A stretch of 63,996 bases of DNA, the filler included, from Lenisia limosa (taxonomy: Eukaryota > Protista > Breviatea), in assembly GCA_001655205.1 (NCBI GenBank). It is 9 parts of 9 records of this genome, joined end to end, with 100 filler letters (N's around TTAATTAATTAA, not from the genome) between each part and the next. Parts side by side here need not be neighbours in the genome. Positions count along the whole stretch, not along the records: positions 5,535 to 18,273 come from LPNZ01002885.1; positions 18,374 to 23,436 come from LPNZ01009985.1; 7 more parts are not named here. The stretch is one strand, 5' to 3'. Below the pieces are notes generated by a model that saw only the letters and a list, made by a program, of their open reading frames with translations, was not told where the DNA came from and did not search any database. Below are positions 11,000 through 23,536 of the stretch, one piece after another. Position 1 is the first letter of the stretch. Each line of letters begins with the position of its first letter. Both the position numbers and the translations under genes were made by a program.

Positions 11000-13300
11000 A
11001 CAGAATACTCACCAGACGGGTAAGACGAGGTTTCAGCAGTTTCTTTTTGTTCTTTTATATTGGAACTCCAGACATGATGGTGCTGACAGATTCATTTGTG
11101 CTGGATAGGGGTGAAGGATACGATTATGGTTCTGAATTGTGCTGACTAAGCTTTTTGATTATTGCTCCTCACCACCCAGACGGATGATTGCAGTTTCACA
11201 TGGTGGAATCCATTCGATTTTGGTCCATCCCCTCGATAGGCCGCCAAAAGTCGCTAAGTACGGTATGCCCTGGGCATGAAGCTGTCTATGTGGCAAGCTA
11301 TACTGTTGATGAAAAGTTACCTGGAATGGTCACATAACCATAGTCATTGACCTTCTCAGACGTTGAGAACGACATCACGACAATCCAGCCGAAGTCCATT
11401 CTTCTGGAGGGGCATTTTCGCACTCCATGGGTGATTGCTGTGGGCTGATGTTTTGTGGATATATGCTGCACGAATTTTTCGTGAAATCACAATGTGATAT
11501 GCAATAGTAGTATGCAAAATTTAGAATTCTTCGTTGTTTGTAATTTTGTGATGCTGAGCTTTTCAAACCCCAGCCTTTTCTCAAATAGTTATGCGATAGA
11601 GTTGATATTTTTGGAGCGGCCGTAGCTCTAACCTTGATCCTGTAGTTTCACCCGTCAAAGCCGATGTTAGTCTCAGGCTGTCTTGACGGCGAACTCAGAT
11701 TCTGGTCACTCAAGGTGGGTTCTGTGAAGATTCTGCATATTAAATACAAATGAAAAATTAAGAGCAGGTAATATTTGCCGTCAACGCCATCAAGTTCAGC
11801 TCACAACATAGGCACACACTGAGGACGCGCACCGCTGCATGTTTGTCCTGAAGATGGACGAGAGTATCCGATCACTCAGCTTCATGGGCGAGTCTCGACT
11901 CATGGTCCAAACTAACTGTTGGCCTATGTCTTAAATCTATCAACTGAAGAACTTCTTATTGATTTTGTGTAGTTGCTGTCAGCGTTGTTGATCTGCCTTT
12001 TAAAGACTCTCAAGGCACGTAGGCAGGTTTAAACAATTCAACAAGGACTCTGTTTTTGTTGGATAACTTTTTCGGTTCTCCAATACTGTTCTTAATCCGA
12101 CCCCAGGCCAGATACCCTTCTGAAGACCCTTGTACTTGATAGGTGGGAGCTTGGGAGGTAAATCGATATGGGCTTGAATGGGTGCGCGTAAACTGGGGGG
12201 AGGTGTTTGTACGAAGATTTGGTGACTATTTTCATCATAGTTGTTCTTTGTAAGCGTGATAATGGGGAAGACTCGTCCATACACATTCTTTCTCATAACT
12301 CCTCAAAAAACGGAATATCAGAGTTGGGTATTTCTCTGCACCTCTGGTCACCAAACAGGAATGAAGTCATCTCTGCTGCCAAGCCGCACCCGTCATATCC
12401 CTTATTGGCAGTAATCGAGTCAAAGTCCTTTGAGGCTCTCCCACCTTCGCCAGCGCCAAGACCAAAGAGCAGATCGGCTGTGGGTTTTCATACCATTTTA
12501 TCAGTTTCACCATTAAGGCACCATCACCTCTTCGACTTGATAGGGAGTTTTCCCCACGCATGCTGACGTCCCCTCTCACTTTGTATGCAAATCTTTCAAG
12601 GATAGTTGCATTGGTCTTTCTGACGTTAACTGATGCATTAGATCATCAACACCAGTGCCACAGTCGTTCTACAGGCCGCTATCACAACCTGTAGGTCATA
12701 ATGGTGTTTCTTGAATACCTTCCTTTTTGATTTGACTGCTCCTTTGAACTACCAGGATGGAACACCTTGATATGAGTTTACTTTTCAGGAAACCCCTTTA
12801 GCCCCTTTAGCTCGAAGTAGATCAGCTCTAATGGTGGGCGGGATTCTAGACATTTCCCTGACATAAGTCTTGACCGTAAGTAGACATGTGTTAACCAGTT
12901 CAGACCCCCGTGCCGTCCTCGAACAACACTACCGAACCGCCACAAGCTCCGAACCACTACAAACCCCATGCTGATGACGTCACCACTGAGGCCAGCCAAC
13001 AACCGACTTTCACGTCCCAGTGGTTGGCTTTTGCGAGTTAACAATACTTCGTAGGTTTGACTTAGGGTTTAGGAGTGAAGACAGCTGGGTGTACATCCAA
13101 AGACCGTACCCATCACCAGCAACTCTGCAAGAGGGTTTTGGTGGGGACAGTTTCTACCAACTGGTTATTTCTATATAGTAGTATATCATATATCATATAT
13201 ATATCATATTGATATTTTGAACACTTGTAATGCGTATGACACTTTTTTTGATTCCAATGACAATTTAGTCTCTTCCCCTGGTCGAAGCCGCCCAATTTCT
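11000..13300 (-). CDS. Unassigned minus-strand exons (same gene as the PHD protein, or a separate one)
   Basis: Several AG/GT-bounded open segments (e.g. QLHAQGIPYLATFGGLSRGWTKIEWIPP; DLLFGLGAGEGGRASKDFDS); no family recognised. Confidence 0.25.
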
Positions 13301-13529
13301 AGGATCGGAGATCCAAGTGTTTGTTGTATGTTTGGATACTTCATGAAATTGTGTTCTTGAGTCTTGGACTTTAGACTACGTTAATTTATGTTGACATAAC
13401 TCAGCAGACGATAATCGTAAGAGTTTCCTTCACATCTACCCTTTGAGTAACTGCAGTGTTGGCGGTTAGTGGGAAAGTACTTTTTGAAAAATGGTCAAAC
13501 AAAGCTCTCACAGGGGTCTTATTTCTTCA

Positions 13530-15970
13530 GATCCCCTAATCACTATCCCAAACGTTGTCGCATTCAGCCCAGCCAGTCTAGACTTTTCCCCATGCGGCCG
13601 TTTCATGGCCTTTGTTCTTGAAGACCGCTGTGTAGGTGGCGTGTCGGGTTAGGAATGACGGACTTTGCTCACAAAACAGAAATCGTATGCCTCTTCACGA
13701 CTTCTCACAAGGATTGTTGTCATGGCTGTTACCCCAGGAAATTGGGGGAAGATTGTCTACTCCTTCAAGATCAGAGGTTTGACTTGTAGTGTTCTTTAAG
13801 CGTCTATTTTGGAGAGTACTTTTTACGATTCAGCGGGGCCTGGAATGCGATCCAGTTCAGGACATGCCGCATCTGTGACTGCAGTAAAGTTCCTTCCGGC
13901 TATGACCTCGCTGGCTGTTACGTATGGGGGTAGTTCATTTTTTGAGCTACTTTTAATTCACTTTGTTGTTCTCATTTTCAGGTTCTCTCACACTGCCACT
14001 GTTTTCGGGTTAAACACTGGAGTTTCCACTCAGGTTTGTCATTTCAAGGGTAGCGCATAGAGTCAAAAATGGCACTGAGTGTTCCCTCTTACATGACCAG
14101 GTTTATCCCCTGCCGGTTTCACTGTTTCATGGCCGACTTCCATCACACCGTTTCCCTTGTAAAAGTGAGCAACAAACCACTTTCTCCGCACCCACCCAGA
14201 ATGTTATTATTTAGACACAACGCACATAGTCCGGCCGCAGCCAAAACGCATACTCAGTCCTCTGACCAATAAAATGTGAGACTATCATGGGTGAGCCGGC
14301 CTGACCTTGTAGACCCGCGCGGCTGACCCCCCTCTCCAAACGGCCGCAGAAGCCGTTAGAGTTCCGAGCGCCGTCTCCCAAAATCAGGAAGTCCACTTCG
14401 GCCCTGGTCGCTCCGTCCCCCTCATTATTCCAGGTATTTTGTTGTCAGAAGCAAGATACAGTTTGCGTGCAGCAGTAGTACATAGGGAGATGGATGTTGA
14501 TTTTACCTTCTAGGCATGGCCAGCGAATATGGCCAGCCACTCAAGTCAGACTGGGACCTCGCCACTGAGTGAGTCGTCAACCCCAGCCGACCCCACCGGG
14601 CCTGTTTCAGACGGAGCTATACCCGTGGGNNNNNNNNNNNNNNNNNNNNNNNNNNNNNNNNNNNNNNNNNNNNNNNNNNNNNNNNNNNNNNNNNNNNNNN
14701 NNNAACTCGTACCCGTCCCCTGCCGCCTCGCCACTACCAGTTTGGGTAACATTTTTTAATCCACTCACAACCAAACAGTCAGCAAAGGCGTACCGGCCGA
14801 TAGCCAAGATCCCGCCACCGCCTCTTCTTGATACCTCCCGACCAAGGCCAAACAGCACGCCAATCTTGCGCAACCCTGCGCCACCTATTCGCGACAATTA
14901 CCAAATAGGGAAGGACGTCGAAGTTGCTCACGTGATAGAGAAGGCAATTGACGTTGTGGATACTTCGATAAAAAGATCTGAACCCTCAACGCACTCCCGG
15001 CCGCACAGCTCAAACTCAAACTACATCGCGAGTGGACAAGCCACGCCACCGCCAGCGTCACTTTTCCGTACTCCCTCAATATCACCTTCTCGTCTAAGGC
15101 CGATCGAAGATATTGGATTCGAAACCCCTCAAGTAAGCTGAACATGATATGCTTATATGCAGCTTTCAAACAATAATTACCCTAATTCACTCAGGGCTCC
15201 AGCATGCCAGCCTCCTCACTTTCCGCATCTATGCGGTCCATACCCCTTGAGTCAAGTTCAACTGCCTGGCGCGAGCAGCAGGTGGGGGTAGTTCTATTAG
15301 TAAGTATTTCCCCACTCAATCACATCACTTCGCAGTCCGACATGGCAGAGTTCTTCAGGGACCCTTCACCCGACTTTTCTGCGGTCAGCCCGGCGATGCG
15401 TGTTGACACTTTCGCTCTACCTGACACATGGGACGCTGTCACGGTTTGTCGCTAGGAGTCAGTTTAGTTTATGATGCAATTCCAATTCTGGTACTCTCTT
15501 TCACAAATTCAGTCGCCAATCAGATGGATCATGATCAACAAACCCACGGTCAATTGGCTGGCTATCAGCCCTGTGGTGGGTACCACTCCAATGTTGTATG
15601 ATATATTTTGAGATGAGAACTGATAATAATAGATCAGGATAAGCAAGGATTTCTCCACTTATTGTGTCCATTTCGTATTCTCTTCCTCGGATATTGACAT
15701 CATTAGATTGGAGGAGGCCTGGCCTACACTACACAATCTGGTACCCTTCACATCATAGACTCCAAGTTAATGTGGGAAGGGGGGGGGGGGGTTCNNNNNN
15801 NNNNNNNNNNNNNNNNNNNNNNNNNNNNNNNNNNNNNNNNNNNNNNNNNNNNNNNNNNNNNNNNNNNNNNNNNNNNNNNNNGGATTACCTTCCAGGCCAG
15901 AAGCCCCTTCAGCACCTGCAATATCCCTCCAAGAGGACTTATCTGGCTCCCAGGCTCCTCTAGACTTCTA
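13530..15970 (+). CDS. WD40-like repeat protein with long Pro/Ser-rich C-terminal region (possibly two genes)
   Basis: Exons PASLDFSPCGRFMAFV and SGHAASVTAVKFLP (WD40-like); long Pro/Ser-rich exon 14704-15133; final exon ending SQAPLDF* at ~15970. Confidence 0.45.
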
Positions 15971-16289
15971 ATGGTTCTGTATTGTTCTTTTTGTATAGTA
16001 TTGTCTTTATGGTTGTTGGAATACGTGTATTTTTTAGCCCTTCGCTTTCCTACAACCCTCTTTTGTCTTGGAAAACTATAGGTTTTGAACAGAATGGTAT
16101 TATAGTACATAGAACAATGTAAAAACAATCAAAAGGACAGCATAAAACTAATACACAAACTCCGACAAAAAGTACATCCTGATCACTGCGAAGAAGGAAT
16201 CATATCACCCTCCTAAACAATTAAATATTTGCGTTTAAACCAACCATCCAGTCGCAATTATTTATCTTCCTCTTACAATAGAATTTAGC

Positions 16290-18053
16290 CAGTCTTCAAA
16301 CAAATCGTGAAGGTCAGTGTGAACTTCAATATGTGATTTGATCTGATTGGTTATGAGATGAAACCACATATCACGCAATTTGTTGTGTGTAAAGGGCGAA
16401 CCCTCCCCCTTACCTTCTCAATTTCTGAGCACTTGACTTTGATTTGCCCATTTTGATTCTTTGGGTGTTTGGCCATCTAAAAATGTCAAATTCTCAAACT
16501 TCGCATTGTGCAGAGATTGTTAATGCGATTTCGTATCGTGTGGTAATGTTCAATTTTGATATCATTATTACGACCTAGGAGGCATCGAAGCATTTCACCC
16601 TCCCAACAGCGTCAAAGTACTTCAGTCTCAAAGAGCTGTCCGACTGTCGGACTAAATAGTCGAAGACATGGAAGTCATAAACCTCAGTAAGCTAAAGGGA
16701 TAAATCAAAACTGCACACTATAATTATAGAGCAATGAGAGATAAAAAACAAGGTAGTATCTGCCGAACTGTCAACGCCATCACGCTTCTAAGAGAACTTG
16801 GATTTTAACATCATATTTATTCACCCAATAATTTGCCTTACAACTTTGAGCACACAGCTTTCTGTGTGCCTCCCCAGTACATTACCAAAACACCCTCATA
16901 CACCCACGAATGGTCCATCAACTTTACACCATCATACACGTGCCACACGTTCCACGAATGGTCCGTCAACTTTACCGTCAATTAGGGTCCTCGCTAAGAA
17001 TTTCTATGGGGTGTGAATGGAACACTGGAGGAGGGTTTCAGTTCAGAATACAATTGATCCGCAAACGCTTTCCAAATTAAGTCCATCAACATCCAAAATG
17101 CGCTTCATCACCACCAGGTCCTCCCATGACTTGGTCCTAAGGGTTATTAGAGCGATGGTGCACAAAACACTCCATACATGAGAATCTCGTTGATGGCTTT
17201 TTTGTAGTTCTGAAGGAACTTGTGATACTGTCGCACAAGCTGGAAGGTCAAATCAACAAAAGCTGCAAGACCATCAGAAAATCGTCAAACAGCATCATGA
17301 TTCCTACTTTGGCGTTTTGGCAGATTTCACTAACAAGCTGAAATGTTAAATAAACGAAGAGAGAAAAGTCCACAGGATTCTCAAAGAAGAATAAGAAGCA
17401 GGTAGACTTCATGTATTTTGTGCTCCGAAAAAGAAACACTAAGTTAAATACCCCCCCCCCCACCAGCTTGATTGAGTGGTTGTTACTACATTCGTAACTG
17501 TTGACAAGTTCAAACTTCCACTTCAAGTCACTAGGGATATCAGTTTTAGTGATAACATCATATGATATGTAGATTTCAAAGCGATGAGTGCCCCCATACT
17601 CCGTTACCGCTCCAAGTTTTGAAATGATATCAAAGTTTCGTCCACTGTGGTAGCCGGCCCAAGTCAGAAACTCAATGATGGGCATGTACTTCTCCTCCAA
17701 AAACATGTTTTCCTCAACTGAAGACAATTAAAAACCATTAATCCCCACCTTTCCCAGCAATAATATCGAACCCCTCCTTTGGGAGCTCTCTCCAATCCTT
17801 CTTTGTGCAGACAGGCAGTACTTTCGCGTTATAGAGACCCATTGCTTGGTCCCACTCCTCATTTTCTATCAAATCTAAAAGAATAACGGGGATAGCGTCC
17901 AACACATTTAGATACCTTTGAAACCCTTTTTGATTTCTCCTGGAGTTGATAGATTGCCAGTATACTAAAAGGTCACATATGATATCATATACAGTCAAAT
18001 GGTTATATTTTGGGAGAAAGTTTGTTTTTGGTTTAAGAGTGTGGTACAACCAT
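16290..18053 (-). CDS. Multi-exon protein of uncertain function; weak resemblance to a RhoGEF DH domain
   Basis: Open exons DLIENEEWDQAMGLYNAKVLP..., LVRQYHKFLQNYKKAINEI, RILDVDGLNLES joined by short GT-AG introns; DH call rests only on the Y..F..NY..A and GLxLES patterns. Confidence 0.35.
16727..16800 (-). repeat. Dispersed repeat, family 2
   Basis: Reverse complement ctcttagaagcgtgatggcgttgacagttcggcagatactaccttgttttttatctctcattgc. Confidence 0.7.
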
Positions 18054-18273
18054 TTTAAATATTAAAAGCAGCATCATTGAGCTTATATTCCTCGTTTTAT
18101 GATTTTCAACTTTAGAATTATTTTTTTCATCAATTCACGGTTTAATTTATGAATTTTCTGAAAAGGCACGAAAAAAACCCTTTTTTGGTCACAAATTCTA
18201 ATGCACTTTTGAAATTATTGTAAAAATGAGAAATGAACACATTTTTAAAAGACTTAAGACTGTATTTCCACTT

Positions 18274-18373
18274 NNNNNNNNNNNNNNNNNNNNNNNNNNN
18301 NNNNNNNNNNNNNNNNNTTAATTAATTAANNNNNNNNNNNNNNNNNNNNNNNNNNNNNNNNNNNNNNNNNNNN
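18274..18373. other. Artificial contig-joining spacer
   Basis: N-flanked ttaattaattaa at 18318-18329. Confidence 0.97.
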
Positions 18374-18480
18374 CTGGGGATATTGACTGGGGGCTGCTAC
18401 TAATTTTGGGGGCATACTGATCTTCATATGATCATATGTATGGATAATGAGCAAAAGATAAGTTGAACATTGACCATTAC

Positions 18481-18580
18481 TAGGGCTTCCCAACGGTCCG
18501 AAAAAGACTGGGAAAATATCGATGTTTATTGAGGAGTTATCGAGATAATCAGTCCGTTTTGGGACCGTAGGGAAGCCCTA
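18481..18580. mobile_element. hAT-type MITE, family 1, variant subfamily (100 bp)
   Basis: tagggcttcccaacggtcc...gggaccgtagggaagcccta; flanks accattac / agtattac (6/8). Confidence 0.8.
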
Positions 18581-18613
18581 AGTATTACCGTTATTTCACA
18601 AATAACCCTCCAG

Positions 18614-21600
18614 GCTCGAGTGAATGTGTTGAAGAAATTCTCAATCATGGTGCCAATCCGAACAGTGTGGATGACAAGGGTGGGGAGGAGGGGTCATTAT
18701 CCTAGTATTCTAGTACTATGTGAAACAGTTTGAGATGATATGTAGATTTACAACGGTTTGACATTAATAATAATGCGGACAGATTCTGCTAGATATGATA
18801 TTCAGTTTTGTTATTCCTCTTTGCAGATGCACACGTTGACATAAATCTTATAACCTCCTGATCTTTATGATCCCAGTTTCAATAGAGACTTTTCTATCAA
18901 AAAAATCTTGCCAAGTTCGCTAGTGACCACACAGGTACAACAGCACTGCATTTGGCAGTAATTGGGCAGAACGTTTCAATTGTTCAGAGCCTCATACAGG
19001 AAGGTGCTAGTGTGAACATTATTGTGAGGGGATGAGGGAGCCTTTTTTTTTAATTCAATATCTCTGATAAGCGTGATGGTGTGGACGNNNNNNNNNNNNN
19101 NNNNNNNNNNNNNNNNNNNNNNNNNNNNNNNNNNNNNNNNNNNNNNNNNNNAGATACAACAAAAGATGAACATGAACAGCATTATTTGTTCGGCCAGACA
19201 ACCTTATTTGTTTATTTCTCATTGCTGTATCTTGTTGTAGCCTGGTTTCCCAGCCCATCTTATTCCCTCAGACCAGTCAGGAGAAAATGACTCCCCTCCA
19301 CATGGCATGCGGCTTGCATGATTTCAGTATAATCGCCAGCCTTTTGAGGGGCAACAACGCTGAGGAGGCCGTCCATGCTAAGGACAGCAGTAGGGGGGGG
19401 AGTTGTTGATGTTAGTTATTGGAGGGGGACTCTGTGTGTAGGGCTTCACTTCGGTTTGAAAAGACCAGTAAAATATCGATAGTTTTCGAGGATTTTTCGA
19501 GAGATTCTGTCTTTTTTTGAACAAGCCCTACTTGTATGGTATGGTGTGTTGACTCCGTACTTAATTATTCTACAATAGTGACGGTTTTTGCCAGATACAA
19601 CCTTATTTTTTATTTCTCATTGCAACAACGACAATAGTGTGAAATAAGATAATATCTTACGCAGTAATAACATTTGTTCTCCTGAATGCTATCGCTAACC
19701 CAGCAGACGGCTTCACCCCCCTGTTCCACGCCTGTGAATCCGGTGAAATTGAGGCCGTCAAAGCCCTTCTAGCCCTTGGCAGTGACATGAATGCTGTTGC
19801 TTGTGAGGTGAGCCTGGTCTCCTTTTTTTTATATTGCAAGCATGAAAGTACGTACAAATCCGTGAAAACAAATTATATCTGGCCTTGATGAGCACGCATA
19901 TAGTTAGTTTTGAAGTCACAAAAAAGTCGGATTCCAACCATTGAGAAAATAATTTCAAAATTGAAATGGGGCATTTTGATATGAGCTCTATTTCAGACAC
20001 TTTCATTTCACATTTTGTCAAAGGATTTCCCCAAAAACAATAATTGTACATAATCAAAGAGAGCGTCCCTCTCACTATTGTAGGATAAAAACGGCGTTCA
20101 AATGACCCCGCTACTCTCAGCAATTGCAAGTGTAGGCTGGCATTTCTGTTATTAGCGCACATTATCTCCACTTAACATTCTTCATCCACGTACCTACAGG
20201 CTTTCTCGCTTTCTTAAGTTCTTCTCATGTATAGTTTTCTGTTTCAACTTTCCCACATCGACTGTTGTAGAAGCGACTTGCCTGGGGTTTTTTTTTTATT
20301 TCACCCTCGTGTGTTTCTAAATATTTAGCCAACAAAAACTTTCCTTTGATTTGTTTCATTATTATTTATTGCTTCCCCACAGGGTCAAAAAGCCATAGTC
20401 AAGCTCCTGATATCTCATGGCGCTGATGTCAACATCCAATCAGGCACTGTAGGCTGCTGAGGCCCATTACGATTTTGCGGTTTTTTACTGGGAGGATCTC
20501 AGAAATTGTACAATTTTTTTTATCATACTATAATCCTTGCATTTATCCATCTCTAGTTTGGTTTGACCCCTCTGCTTGCGGCGGCAATGAACAACCACCC
20601 AAAAGTCACCAAAATCCTTATTAAAAATGTGGGTGGCTTGATACGTTCCCCCCGTACATTGGCGTTAATACCATACAAAATTACGTCGTTCATATAGTTT
20701 TGGACCTTGAGCATCTGCGATTCCCATCACCTCCCTCACTACTCCAATGATGACTCTTTTAGGGCGCGAACCCGAACATCAGCTCTGCAGACGGCAGGTC
20801 GCCACTGCATATCAGTGCGGCTCAGGGCCATATCCAATGCGCAAGGCTGCTCATCGAAGGAGTTGGTGGAAGAGAGGATATATTGGGGGGACATGGGGAG
20901 GGGGGCTTTTTGGGCATTACGGTTTGTCAGAATGCCCCTATCGCTCACCCTGAATTTTGTGGCCCTGGAGTGTAGCCCTATGCTAGATTTTCTCTCCGGT
21001 CCGACAAAGACTGATAAATCTCGATATAATCGAGATTTTATTGTCTTTTTTCGGACCCATAAATGTCTTTTAGAAATTCCTGTTAATAGGTCTTTTCATT
21101 TATGTGTCATAGTTTGGGCTTCAATTCGGTTCGAAAAAGACTCTTTTTGGAACCGAAGTGAAGCCCCATTCATAGTGAACTATTATTTGATATGATGCAT
21201 ATGTTCTACACAAAAGCCCTGAGAATAGGTGGAGCATCTCCCAGCTTACTATCCAGGGTGCCAATGGCAAGATTCCCCTGACACAACAACGCAAAATATA
21301 TGACAGAAAAGCCCAAGATGCTGTGGAGCGATATGCTCTCAGGAAAATGTAGGTGGTAACCCCTTTCTTGTATCAGCACAAATAATCTTTTCGATTTTCC
21401 ATAATGATATTGATGGAATACTTCACTGTTTTGATATATTCATGTAGCTATATATGACATTATAAAGTGAATATGAGACCATCATTCTATCTAATATCGC
21501 AGTATGGGTGTGGCGTGTACGCGATGCGGCATGCCTGCTCACCGGACAGTCATTTGCGACGAGTGTCATATTGCGCCGTACTGCAGCTATTCATGTCGCA

Positions 21601-22350
21601 AGCACGATTTTGACAAGCACAAGGCTGAATGCTCGACTTTACGGGATAAAATGGCAAGTAAGTGGATAAAAGGGCAAGTGTCATTGGAGGGTATTTTTGG
21701 GACCAAGAAATGTAGATTAAATAAATCCAGGGAAACATAAGAATACATAGGGATACCAAAAACAAGTTACCAGGTTATTCCTAACCATCTTATGGATATA
21801 CCACGCCTTTATTTCAAATCTTATGTGGTGACATCAATTTTATTCTCCTTTAGGCTTCCACGCTGAACAAGCCTTTGAAATCCTCCAGAACGAACTACCC
21901 ATCGGTTTGTGGCTGGGAAAACATGGTTGTCGTCTTCTGTGGGTGTTTTCTTGTTGTACCAGTCAACCTGCGGATCTCTATGATCCTAGGTTTCAATAGA
22001 GACTTTACTGCAACAAAATTATACTACGATATGTTACGGGAACCTAATAACTAGGAGTATCTACAATTATTTACTGTAACTTGTCCGTACCCCCTTTTCT
22101 TACACACCGTCATTAAGTTCGTATGGCATCTTTGTAGTATTGAATTCAAGAATCACTGCCAAGGTCCCACTTCACCGACTGAACCTCTAATCTTCAGGAC
22201 TCCTGGAAGATGTTGGTAAAGACAGGCGGTCTGAAGGACCTGAACACCCGGTGTCGGACAGACAAAAACGAAGTACGGCCACTTTGAAGCTTGCAATGAG
22301 CTCCAAGCTGGAGTCACCCCGAATGATTCAATCTGCGAGCTCGGACCAGT
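18614..22350 (+). CDS. Ankyrin-repeat + MYND zinc-finger protein, 5'-truncated
   Basis: About 7 ankyrin repeats over GT-AG exons (GTTALHLAV, MTPLHMAC, GFTPLFHAC, GLTPLLAAA, GRSPLHISA) then CTRC...CDECHIAPYCSYSCRKHDFDKHKAEC (MYND) at 21504-21650. Confidence 0.85.
19054..19230 (+). repeat. Dispersed repeat, family 2 (spans gap)
   Basis: tcaatatctctgataagcgtgatggtgtggacg ... ggccagacaaccttatttgtttatttctcattgc. Confidence 0.75.
19439..19530. mobile_element. MITE family 1
   Basis: tagggcttcacttcggtttgaaaagac...aagcccta. Confidence 0.75.
19578..19623 (+). repeat. Dispersed repeat, family 2 (3' half)
   Basis: gacggtttttgccagatacaaccttattttttatttctcattgc. Confidence 0.7.
21114..21168. mobile_element. 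hAT-type MITE, family 1 (55 bp)
   Basis: Near-perfect palindrome; flanks gtcatagt / ttcatagt (7/8 TSD). Confidence 0.8.
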
Positions 22351-22804
22351 GTGTGGTTTTGGTGGGGATGGGGCCTCCACAAGCGCGCGTGGGCGTGGCG
22401 GGNNNNNNNNNNNNNNNNNNNNNNNNNNNNNNNNNNNNNNNNNNNNNNNNNNNNACCTGTTTTATTGTACTGTTTTTGTTCTATGTTTTTTTTGCATTTT
22501 CTATGTTGTTCAATTTTATACTCGTTGTATATTGTTTCATGCGTTTGTTCTGTTTTTTTGCTCAATGTATTTCTATTTTAAACATCTCAGTTTTTTGTCG
22601 GAGTGGTTTTTATTTAAAATTTGAAATTTCGCTTGGTATTGTCGCCAGCTTTCAATTTTAGAATATTGTCCACCGTCTCAAAGAGTTAAAATAACACTTA
22701 GCGAGGACTATTATTTTAAAATTCACACCCCTCCCACGCACTCACCATGGCCCTAATACCCCATTAAAACAAGTATCAAAATTCATTTCAATTGCAGTTT
22801 ACAT

Positions 22805-23390
22805 CTAAGCCTGGGGGTACAGTCCTCCACCCTGGCCCTGGCCGCGCTCGCCACTCACGCCGCCGTTATTATACTGGTTGCCGTTGGCATAGGGGTTACC
22901 CGAGGGAGGCGCGTCAGCGGCTGGAGCTGAGGTCGCTGGGTGGTGAGTAGGGCTTCACTTCGGTTCAAACAAACACTGAATTTCTCGATAAATCCTCGTT
23001 GAATATAATTCAGTGTGAGACGTGGGGGGGTAGGAGAATGGAGCTATGATATGAAACAAAAAAAAAACAGCCCAAAATCAACTCCNNNNNNNNNNNNNNN
23101 NNNNNNNNNNNNNNNNNNNNNNNNNNNNNNNNNNNNNNNNNNNNNNNNNNNNNNNNNNNNNNNNNNNNNNNNNNNNACCGATATAGTTTGTTATAACTGT
23201 GAATTAAAAGATGTGGAAAAATCGAGTTGGCTAAAAACTCAGGAGGCTTGAAAACAACAAAAACAAAGCAAATTTCAAATATCCCCCTTTTAGGCCCAGC
23301 AAAACCTCTGCAAACCTCTGTCATCCGGGGTCGTGACTCCCATTTCAGCGCTCTCGTTGGCTCCGGCTACCGCGGTCTCACGGGGGGGAA
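22805..23390 (-). CDS. 3' end of an unidentified gene (Gly/Asn/Pro-rich tail)
   Basis: Last exon ...SAPAADAPPSGNPYANGNQYNNGGVSGERGQGQGGGLYPQA* with a CAG acceptor; upstream exon ~23325-23390. Confidence 0.35.
22948..23012. mobile_element. MITE family 1, truncated
   Basis: Left TIR tagggcttcacttcggttc plus internal sequence. Confidence 0.6.
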
Positions 23391-23436
23391 TGGCTGAATG
23401 GGGTAAGGATGGCGGAGTAAATTTCGATGAAGAATA

Positions 23437-23536
23437 NNNNNNNNNNNNNNNNNNNNNNNNNNNNNNNNNNNNNNNNNNNNTTAATTAATTAANNNNNNNN
23501 NNNNNNNNNNNNNNNNNNNNNNNNNNNNNNNNNNNN
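23437..23536. other. Artificial contig-joining spacer
   Basis: N-flanked ttaattaattaa at 23481-23492. Confidence 0.97.
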
